IMG/VR virus record: IMGVR_UViG_3300020166_000003 | Span: 1-50,477 of that record | Source of the DNA: a virus | Taxonomy: Duplodnaviria > Caudoviricetes | Strand: one strand, 5' to 3' | Length of the DNA: 50,477 nt | Shown here: positions 44,297 through 50,477 of the stretch, in pieces | Layout of the letters: the number at the start of each line of letters is the position of its first letter | Position numbering within the stretch: position 1 is the first letter of the stretch | Translations under genes and position numbers: made by a program | The notes under the pieces: generated by a model | The model's database searches: none | What the model was told of the DNA's origin: nothing | The model's input: the letters and a program-made list of their open reading frames with translations, nothing else

Positions 44297-46095
44297 TGAG
44301 TACCTATGTATTTGACATAGAGACAGACAGCTTAGAAGCCAACGAACTTTATTGTATTGTTGCTCAGCACCTGCCTTCTAAAAAACTTTACAGCTTCCCG
44401 CCTGATAAACTTAACGAAGGGCTGGAGTTACTTAAGTCCGCCACTTGTTTAATCGGGCACAACATACTAGGCTTCGACCTCCCTAAGCTAGAGAAACTAA
44501 CAGGCATTAACTTAGACGACGAGCGATCTATAATAGATACTCTTGTGTTGTCAAGACTCTTTAAACCTACAAGGGAAGGCGGTCACAGCTTAGAGTCATG
44601 GGGCTATAGACTTAATAAGCATAAGCTAGACTTTGCAGTAGAGGATTTTGGTAAGGGCTTCACCCCTGAAATGCTAGCGTACTGCGAAGGCGACGTAGAA
44701 TTAAACACAGAAGTATACTTGCACCTAAAGGCTTATGAGGCTCAAGGGTTCTCAGAGAAAGCAATACAGTTGGAGCATGAAGTCTTTAGAATCATTAGGG
44801 GACAGATGGGACACGGCTTTCTAATGGACATGCCTATGGTAACAGGGCTTGAAGCTCAGATAGCTCAGGAGATTGTAGAGTTAGAAGACGAGGTACACAA
44901 AACCTTTGTGCCTAAGGTCACTAAAGAAAAACTCATAGCTAAGTTCACAGCCAGTGGAGAGTTGTCTAAGATGGCGCATAACGCAACGCTAGATAAAGGC
45001 ACTAGGCTTAAAGAAGATGAGTATAATAAATTAAAGGCTCTTATGGCTGACCTACCTAATCCTCTTGACCTTAGCTACATTGTAAGGCATACTTCTACTC
45101 CCTTTAATCTAGGTAGCACTAAACAAATTGGTGAGTACCTTCAAGACTTTGGTTGGGTTCCCAAAAAGTTTACACCAACAGGACAGCCCATTGTAGATGA
45201 TAAAGTATTGACAGCCGTTAGGGGCATACCCGAAGCGGCTTTGATTGCTAAGTACCTTACCCTTAAGAAGCGTTTAGCTTTTGTGTCTGGTTGGATTAAA
45301 GATGTAAACCCTGAGACTAATAGGCTTCACGGCTATGTGAATACTTTGGGTGCAGTAACGAATAGAATGACGCACAGTAGACCTAACGTGGCTCAGACCC
45401 CTAGTTCTTCTACGCTATATGGAACAGAATGTAGAGGATGCTTTACAGTACCCAAAGGTTATAAGCTGGTGGGGGCTGACGCATCAGGACTAGAACTTAG
45501 AGTACTTGCTCACTATATGGGCGACGAGGATTACGCAAATGAAATTATCAATGGGGATGTTCACCAACGCCATCAAGGAATTACAGGTATTGACAGTAGA
45601 GATAAAGTCAAGACATTCATCTATGCTTTTATCTACGGGGCAGGAGATAAAAAACTTGGATCAGTTATTGGAGGAGGCGCAAAAGAAGGGAAGAGACTTA
45701 GAGCTTCTATTCTGGATGGCATCCCAGCACTTAAACAACTACAAGACAGAGTTGCAAAGGCGGCAAGAAAAGGATACTTAAACGGCTTAGATGGTCGCCG
45801 TATACTAGTACGTTCTCCTCATGCCGCACTTAACACAGCCTTTCAGAGCGCAGGAGCTATCATAATGAAGGTAGCTCTTGTGTTGTTGTCCGAGGAGATA
45901 AAGAAGCGGAGGCTTGATGCACATTTTGTGGCTAACATTCACGATGAATTTCAAATAGAAGTTAGAGAAGATCAGGCAGAGGAGGCAGGGTCTTTAGCAG
46001 TATGGGCTATTCAACAGGCAGGTGTAGTACTTAACCTAAGAGTTAAGTTGGATGGTGAATATAAAGTAGGAAACAACTGGGCGGAGACACACTAA
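44296..46095 (+). CDS. polA: Family A DNA polymerase with 3'-5' exonuclease (T7 gp5-like)
   Basis: FDIET, GHNILGFD, YCEGD; motif A DASGLELR, motif B RDKVKTFIYAFIYG, motif C IHDE. Confidence 0.96.
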   Translation: MSTYVFDIETDSLEANELYCIVAQHLPSKKLYSFPPDKLNEGLELLKSATCLIGHNILGFDLPKLEKLTGINLDDERSIIDTLVLSRLFKPTREGGHSLESWGYRLNKHKLDFAVEDFGKGFTPEMLAYCEGDVELNTEVYLHLKAYEAQGFSEKAIQLEHEVFRIIRGQMGHGFLMDMPMVTGLEAQIAQEIVELEDEVHKTFVPKVTKEKLIAKFTASGELSKMAHNATLDKGTRLKEDEYNKLKALMADLPNPLDLSYIVRHTSTPFNLGSTKQIGEYLQDFGWVPKKFTPTGQPIVDDKVLTAVRGIPEAALIAKYLTLKKRLAFVSGWIKDVNPETNRLHGYVNTLGAVTNRMTHSRPNVAQTPSSSTLYGTECRGCFTVPKGYKLVGADASGLELRVLAHYMGDEDYANEIINGDVHQRHQGITGIDSRDKVKTFIYAFIYGAGDKKLGSVIGGGAKEGKRLRASILDGIPALKQLQDRVAKAARKGYLNGLDGRRILVRSPHAALNTAFQSAGAIIMKVALVLLSEEIKKRRLDAHFVANIHDEFQIEVREDQAEEAGSLAVWAIQQAGVVLNLRVKLDGEYKVGNNWAETH

Positions 46096-46625
46096 TGCAA
46101 CCTAAGATACAACTAATGTCGGGCAAGGTACTGGATTTCCAAGACCCTAAGCCCGATCAGTTTACTATAGAGGACATAGCCTTAGGGCTTTCAAGGCAGC
46201 CGAGGTTTGGTGGTCACACTAAGTCTTTCTATAGCGTGGCACAGCATTGCATTACACTATCGCAAGTAGTACCTAATGGCTACAAGATGCAAGCACTAAT
46301 GCACGACGCCAGTGAAGCCTTTATGGGAGACTTACCTACCCCCCTTAAACATCTACTACCTGAGTACATGGGCATTGAAGAAGAAGTCAGTGATGCAATA
46401 CAAGAGGCTTTCGGCTTTAGCACTATGAGTCCTTTGGTCGAGGTAGCCGATGCCCGTATGTTAATTACAGAACGTAACGCTTTACTTCCTAGCCTTGATG
46501 TGTTAGACTGGGAGGAACACAAGCCTTACCCTATTAGGATTAACCCGATGCCTATGGACAAGGCGTATGGAGAGTTCCTTAAAATCTATCACCGCCTTAA
46601 GAGGGATGAGTTATGTGGTTCTTAG
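46095..46625 (+). CDS. HD-domain phosphohydrolase (YfbR/YfdR-like deoxynucleotidase)
   Basis: IEDIA..LS...RFGGH...YSVAQH...LMHDASEAFMGD.PTPLK. Confidence 0.85.
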   Translation: MQPKIQLMSGKVLDFQDPKPDQFTIEDIALGLSRQPRFGGHTKSFYSVAQHCITLSQVVPNGYKMQALMHDASEAFMGDLPTPLKHLLPEYMGIEEEVSDAIQEAFGFSTMSPLVEVADARMLITERNALLPSLDVLDWEEHKPYPIRINPMPMDKAYGEFLKIYHRLKRDELCGS

Positions 46626-46783
46626 AAATTAGTATCATAGTTCTCATAGCTTTAGCGGGCTTAAACATAGTAAGAATTTTATCGTGGGAGGATATACAAG
46701 CAGACGACTATGTTTACATACTGTGTCACCTTGTAATCATCTTAATTTTATGTAGCAGTATTTATCTAGGAGTATTTGAATGA
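46613..46783 (+). CDS. Small two-TM membrane protein, 56 aa (MWFLEISIIVLIALAG...)
   Basis: Hand-translated; overlaps both neighbours. Confidence 0.55.
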   Translation: MWFLEISIIVLIALAGLNIVRILSWEDIQADDYVYILCHLVIILILCSSIYLGVFE

Positions 46784-46941
46784 GTGATTTTATTTTCAAG
46801 TTAAAAGTATGGTTAGTATTCAACAAGGGCTTTGTCTCTAGAATTTACCATACAGATTTAGACGAGCCGTTGCGGGAGAATGGAGAAGAGACAAACGCCA
46901 CTCACCGTGATAGGCTTCAAGAGATTTTAGACGCAAGTTAA
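46780..46941 (+). CDS. Small hypothetical protein, 53 aa (MSDFIFKLKVW...)
   Basis: AGGAG RBS, ATGA overlap. Confidence 0.6.
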   Translation: MSDFIFKLKVWLVFNKGFVSRIYHTDLDEPLRENGEETNATHRDRLQEILDAS

Positions 46942-46948
46942 AACTAAT

Positions 46949-47018
46949 GAGGCCTGTTCTGGGACGACAGAGGTTTCCAAAACCTTTAAGCGGGGTTCGA
47001 TTCCCTGAGGCTTCGCCA
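46949..47018 (+). tRNA. trnW: tRNA-Trp(CCA) with shortened D-arm, 70 nt
   Basis: Acceptor GAGGCCT/AGGCTTC + GCCA; anticodon arm GAGGT-TTCCAAA-ACCTT; T arm CGGGG-TTCGATT-CCCTG. Confidence 0.8.
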
Positions 47019-47036
47019 AATAAGAAGGAGAGCACA

Positions 47037-47255
47037 ATGGAAGCAACATTTAAATCACCAATTAAACCAGATAAATTTTGGATGGTGTGGCGTTACGGAA
47101 CAAACGCGCCTACCTTTGTACATCATAGTGAAAGCTCGGCTGTATATGAAGCCGAGAGGTTAGCACAAAAGCACCCAGACGATGTTTTTTATGTCATGGA
47201 GAGTGTTAAGGAGATTAAAGCCTCCCGATCCCCTGTAGTCATTATAGACCTTTAA
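47037..47255 (+). CDS. Hypothetical protein, 72 aa (start revised to MEATFK)
   Basis: AAGGAG RBS; FWMVW...PT..H.S..SA..EAERLA..HP...FYVME pattern. Confidence 0.8.
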   Translation: MEATFKSPIKPDKFWMVWRYGTNAPTFVHHSESSAVYEAERLAQKHPDDVFYVMESVKEIKASRSPVVIIDL

Positions 47256-47292
47256 ACCTAAACATACTAATAATAAGAAGGAGAAGATCCCA

Positions 47293-47373
47293 ATGTTTGA
47301 TAACCCACTAGTCGCCTTTGTTTTTATTGTAGTACTACTCGGCGTGACGGCTTACTACGGAGACAGATCATGA
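47293..47373 (+). CDS. Possible 26-aa single-TM peptide (MFDNPLVAFVFIVVLLGVTAYYGDRS)
   Basis: AAGGAG RBS; ATGA overlap with next gene. Confidence 0.5.
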   Translation: MFDNPLVAFVFIVVLLGVTAYYGDRS

Positions 47374-47849
47374 CAGATGTTTGCATAACCTGTGACGTTC
47401 CCCTAATCTCAGGAGAGAACTGGTATCCTAGCTTTGTAGCTAAGAACCACCGTAAGTGTAAGACTTGTTACGACGAGCGTAGACTTATAAACAAAATCAA
47501 AAGAGATGGTATGGAAGAAAGGTTTGTAGCTCAGTTACTTAAACTTCAGACCGCCTCTCAGTTTAACAAGGTGAAAGGAGGTCACATATATATTATCTCC
47601 AATCCCGCTTGGGATTCTTGGTACAAGGTAGGTAGCTCTATCGACGCTAAGAACCGCAGAAATTCTTATCATACTGCTAGCCCTTTTAGAGATTACAAAC
47701 TTAACTATAAGGTTTGGTTCGACGACAGACGAGCAGTAGAGTGTAAGATACATATAGATTTAGAGTCTAAGGGACTGCCCCGACAAGGGGAATGGTTCCA
47801 GACTAACGACATAACTAAAATTAAAGAGGCGATACATGAGTACAAATAA
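47370..47849 (+). CDS. GIY-YIG superfamily (T5orf172/MUG113-like) protein with N-terminal CxxC...CxxC
   Basis: GHIYII...YKVG...R...TASP...E..IH...GEWF. Confidence 0.8.
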   Translation: MTDVCITCDVPLISGENWYPSFVAKNHRKCKTCYDERRLINKIKRDGMEERFVAQLLKLQTASQFNKVKGGHIYIISNPAWDSWYKVGSSIDAKNRRNSYHTASPFRDYKLNYKVWFDDRRAVECKIHIDLESKGLPRQGEWFQTNDITKIKEAIHEYK

Positions 47850-48678
47850 AACATTGGACACCCTAGTCCCTGACATCTATGATAAGCTGGCAGTACTTAA
47901 CACCAAAGATAAGCTGGAGATTTCTGACGAGGAGTTAGACTTCACTGCGGCTAACATGAGGGAGGCTATAGATCATTGGTGTACCCCACAGAACCACGAC
48001 ACCTTTACGTTGCGTATGTCTAACATAGGACAGCCCACTAGAAGGCTTTGGATGGACTCTAGGGACAAGCACAGCGAAGATCATTCTCCTGCTACCCAAC
48101 TTAAATTCTTGTATGGACACCTACTAGAGCAAGTTGTTTTAATGCTATGTCGAGTAGCGGGACATGAAGTTACCGATACACAAAAGGAAGTAGAGATTGA
48201 TGGCATCAAAGGACACATGGATTCCAAGATTGATGGGGAAGTTGTGGATGTCAAGACAGCTAGTAGCTTTGCGTTCCTTAAGTTTGTAAGGGGAACACTA
48301 GCAGAGAACGATCCTTATGGCTACATGGGTCAGTTGGCAGGGTATGAGGCGGCAGAGAATACAAGTGCTGGAGGCTTTCTTGTTTTGAATAAGGAGTCAG
48401 GGCAGTTGTGTCTTAACCGACCTGATGATTTAGACAAGCCTGACATTAGGGCTAGGATTGCTGAGGTTAAAGCTGCGATAGAGCTTGACACCCCTCCTGA
48501 GATATGTTATGATCCAGTACCTCATGGGGCTAAGGGTAACATGAAACTTGCAAGTGGATGTACTTGGTGTCCTCATAAACATAAATGCTTTGACGACCTT
48601 CGTACCTTTAGATATTCTAAAGGGCCTGTGTACTTTACTAAGGTTGTAGTAGAGCCTAACGTAGAAGAGATGCTATAA
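47836..48678 (+). CDS. PD-(D/E)XK exonuclease (Cas4/RecB-like)
   Basis: LRMSNIG, GHMD...VDVKTAS, QLAGY, C-terminal CTWCPHKHKC. Confidence 0.85.
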   Translation: MSTNKTLDTLVPDIYDKLAVLNTKDKLEISDEELDFTAANMREAIDHWCTPQNHDTFTLRMSNIGQPTRRLWMDSRDKHSEDHSPATQLKFLYGHLLEQVVLMLCRVAGHEVTDTQKEVEIDGIKGHMDSKIDGEVVDVKTASSFAFLKFVRGTLAENDPYGYMGQLAGYEAAENTSAGGFLVLNKESGQLCLNRPDDLDKPDIRARIAEVKAAIELDTPPEICYDPVPHGAKGNMKLASGCTWCPHKHKCFDDLRTFRYSKGPVYFTKVVVEPNVEEML

Positions 48679-48977
48679 TGGAAAGGAAAAGAATAAACGA
48701 AAAGACTATGAAGGTTATTAGCTTTCATGCTAAGGGGCTTTTGAGGGACTGGTTGTATACCCTAGTCGCTGACGCTGAGGAAATACCTTTGAAGAAAGTG
48801 AAGTCTTACTTATCCCCCGACCAACATTACTTTGTAGGGGGCAAGATAATACTCAGTGGTTACTCTTACAAGTGGACAACCAAAGGCTTGAAGAAACTGT
48901 ATCGTGAACAGCCCACTAAGCCTATAAGGGAATGGAGGTTTGAGGACATTGAGCGAATCCACAGAGCAACAAACTAA
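48678..48977 (+). CDS. Hypothetical protein
   Basis: TAATG-coupled ORF. Confidence 0.7.
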   Translation: MERKRINEKTMKVISFHAKGLLRDWLYTLVADAEEIPLKKVKSYLSPDQHYFVGGKIILSGYSYKWTTKGLKKLYREQPTKPIREWRFEDIERIHRATN

Positions 48978-49119
48978 AAACCTAACACTGTATGTGATTC
49001 AGTTAGCTTATATACTTAAAAGCGGCACGCCACTATCTGAGTTAGACGACCATGTACTAGAAGAGTTTATGGAAATGTTATCCCATGAATTGAATAGTAG
49101 AAACAGAACGCTACACTAA
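48949..49119 (+). CDS. Small hypothetical protein, 56 aa (TTG start; ...ELNSRNRTLH)
   Basis: Hand-translated; GAGG/GAGGA upstream; fills gap before endonuclease. Confidence 0.5.
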   Translation: MSESTEQQTKNLTLYVIQLAYILKSGTPLSELDDHVLEEFMEMLSHELNSRNRTLH

Positions 49120-49132
49120 CCAAAGGAGCATC

Positions 49133-49603
49133 ATGCCTAAAATAAAAAGAGGCGTAAGGAAAGCAAGAGTTAAACGCCCGAAGGAAAAAGACGTACCCAA
49201 GAACTATGACAGCCTGTTTGAACACGAACTTCATACAGGAATCTTAAAGGATTGGGACTTTCATTCTGAAGTAGTTGAGTATTCAGTAGACCATAAGTAC
49301 CACGCAGATTTTGTACGGAAGATAAACGGTGTTCAAATCCTACTAGAGGCTAAGGGTAGGTTTTGGGATTACGCTGAGTACAACAAATACATTTGGATTA
49401 AAAAGAATTTGCCCGAAGGTACTGAGCTAGTCTTCTTGTTTGCTAACCCCTCTGCCGCAATGCCAGCCGCAGTAAGGCGTAAGGATGGTACTAAAAGATC
49501 ACATGCAGAATGGGCAACAGCTAACGGTTTCAGGTGGTTTAGTAGGGAGAGTATGCCTGAGTCTTGGGTAGACGCTTCGTGCTTAGACGGAGGAGAATTA
49601 TAA
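49133..49603 (+). CDS. Endonuclease I-like Holliday junction resolvase (T7 gp3-like)
   Basis: YDSLFE, YHADF, LLEAKGRF, LVFLF, EWA...GFRW. Confidence 0.85.
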   Translation: MPKIKRGVRKARVKRPKEKDVPKNYDSLFEHELHTGILKDWDFHSEVVEYSVDHKYHADFVRKINGVQILLEAKGRFWDYAEYNKYIWIKKNLPEGTELVFLFANPSAAMPAAVRRKDGTKRSHAEWATANGFRWFSRESMPESWVDASCLDGGEL

Positions 49604-49604
49604 A

Positions 49605-49823
49605 ATGAAATGTACGCCAAAGTATTTAGAGTCTTTAGGCTACACACTGTCTGAGGTTGCTGTGCCTAAAATCACTGGATTTTATTATACCTTTGCAGAT
49701 TCAGGGCTTATCCTTTACTACTACAACGAAGAGACTAAAGAACTTAAGTCCACTGACGAGAGGCTGATGGATTTTCATAACTACGGGCCAGCTAATTTTT
49801 TAAAGCTGGCGAGGAAAAACTAA
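49605..49823 (+). CDS. Hypothetical protein
   Basis: GGAGGAG RBS. Confidence 0.7.
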   Translation: MKCTPKYLESLGYTLSEVAVPKITGFYYTFADSGLILYYYNEETKELKSTDERLMDFHNYGPANFLKLARKN

Positions 49824-50080
49824 TGACTATAACGAGAGAGCAGCTAAAGGCTCTAGACTTTAGAGAAGTAGAACCCGACTATGAAGTTACAAGGGAGGGT
49901 AGGTATTTTGTAGCAGACACAGGTGTGCTATTCAATTATAAATTGTATGTGTTGGCAGGAGGAAGGATCTATAGGGCGCAGACCTCAGTACTTAATCGGA
50001 AAGGGTACAGCCTAGATAGCTTTATGCAGCGCGTACACAAAGACGTTAAAAAACCATTAAACATTCAGGAGAAAATGTAA
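49823..50080 (+). CDS. Hypothetical protein, possible paralog of preceding gene
   Basis: GAGGA RBS, TAATG coupling. Confidence 0.7.
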   Translation: MTITREQLKALDFREVEPDYEVTREGRYFVADTGVLFNYKLYVLAGGRIYRAQTSVLNRKGYSLDSFMQRVHKDVKKPLNIQEKM

Positions 50081-50477
50081 ATGAACCCATATCAAACATA
50101 CATAGCTAAGAGTAGGTACTCAAAATATTTGGCAGGCGAGAACCGTAGAGAAGATTATGACGAGACAGTAGATCGCTGGCTCAATTTCTTTAAGGACAAG
50201 GTAGAAGATGATAGCGTATTTGAGGGGTTAAGAACCTCCATGCTGTCTATGGACACTATGCCCTCTATGCGTTGTTTTATGACAGCAGGGGAGGCGTTAC
50301 GCAAGTCTAACGTGGCAGGATACAACTGTTCTTATCTTCCTGTTGATCATCCTAGAGCCTTTGACGAGCTAATGTACATACTTATGAACGGGACAGGCGT
50401 GGGCTTTAGCGTCGAACGTCAGTATGTAGACAAGTTACCTGAGATAGCTGATGAGTTCTTTGACACCGACACAGTGA
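50081..50477 (+). CDS. nrdJ: Class II ribonucleotide reductase, 5' part (continues at position 1 after 50350)
   Basis: MNPYQTYIAKSRYSKYL...RRE...ETVDR...MPSMR...AGYNCSY; AGGAG RBS; in frame with 1..1614. Confidence 0.92.
   Translation, partial: MNPYQTYIAKSRYSKYLAGENRREDYDETVDRWLNFFKDKVEDDSVFEGLRTSMLSMDTMPSMRCFMTAGEALRKSNVAGYNCSYLPVDHPRAFDELMYILMNGTGVGFSVERQYVDKLPEIADEFFDTDTV
50351..50477. repeat. Terminal overlap identical to 1-127
   Basis: Direct comparison. Confidence 0.97.

Noticed and set aside
40751-46625. Z-genome (2-aminoadenine) or deazaguanine DNA modification cluster
   Set aside because: No PurZ, FolE/QueCDE or DpdA-like gene recognised
46949-47018. Stop-codon reassignment or suppressor tRNA
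   Set aside because: Anticodon is CCA (Trp) and genes translate intact under code 11 with all three stops in use
46947-47036. N-terminal 30 codons of the 102-aa ORF
   Set aside because: They overlay the tRNA; an AAGGAG RBS supports the ATG at 47037
47836-48678. Cas4 as evidence for a CRISPR-Cas system
   Set aside because: Stand-alone PD-(D/E)XK exonuclease within the replication module; no array or other cas genes
50351-50477. 127-bp end repeat as biological terminal repeat
   Set aside because: It lies inside the RNR gene and 127 is a common assembler k-mer; the real ends are more likely at 32570-33240
1-50477. Apparent abundance of CTAG/CCTA/TAGG words as a restriction or modification signal
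   Set aside because: Impression only; needs a k-mer observed/expected computation I cannot run

Overview
The window is a complete, circularly permuted lytic podovirus genome of about 50,350 bp; bases 1-127 are repeated at 50351-50477, an assembly overlap that splits the ribonucleotide reductase gene. It has two convergent arms. The + strand arm (about 33.3 kb through the wrap to 2.25 kb) carries promoter-cassette early genes, SSB, a T7-like primase-helicase, a family A DNA polymerase, nucleases, a class II RNR and an atypical tRNA-Trp. The - strand arm (32.46 kb down to 2.24 kb) carries terminase, portal, scaffold, capsid, tail tube proteins, two fibers, lysis genes and large internal virion proteins. 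I found no RNA polymerase or integrase, and sigma70-type promoters are present. This layout matches Zobellviridae/SIO1-like phages (inferred from gene content), and the spanin-like genes imply a Gram-negative host. The top finding is a promoter-driven four-gene ubiquitin-like conjugation operon (Ubl - E2 - E1 - JAB, 37102-40430) whose Ubl ends in -GEAKAA rather than Gly-Gly. Also notable are an array of ten QL[SD]LF-like sliding-clamp motifs at mostly 19-residue spacing in the largest internal virion protein, an ADP-ribosyltransferase-like plus lysozyme-like virion protein, repeated promoter/stem-loop cassettes, and a lysis module with no recognisable endolysin. All calls come from reading motifs by eye; no database search was run.
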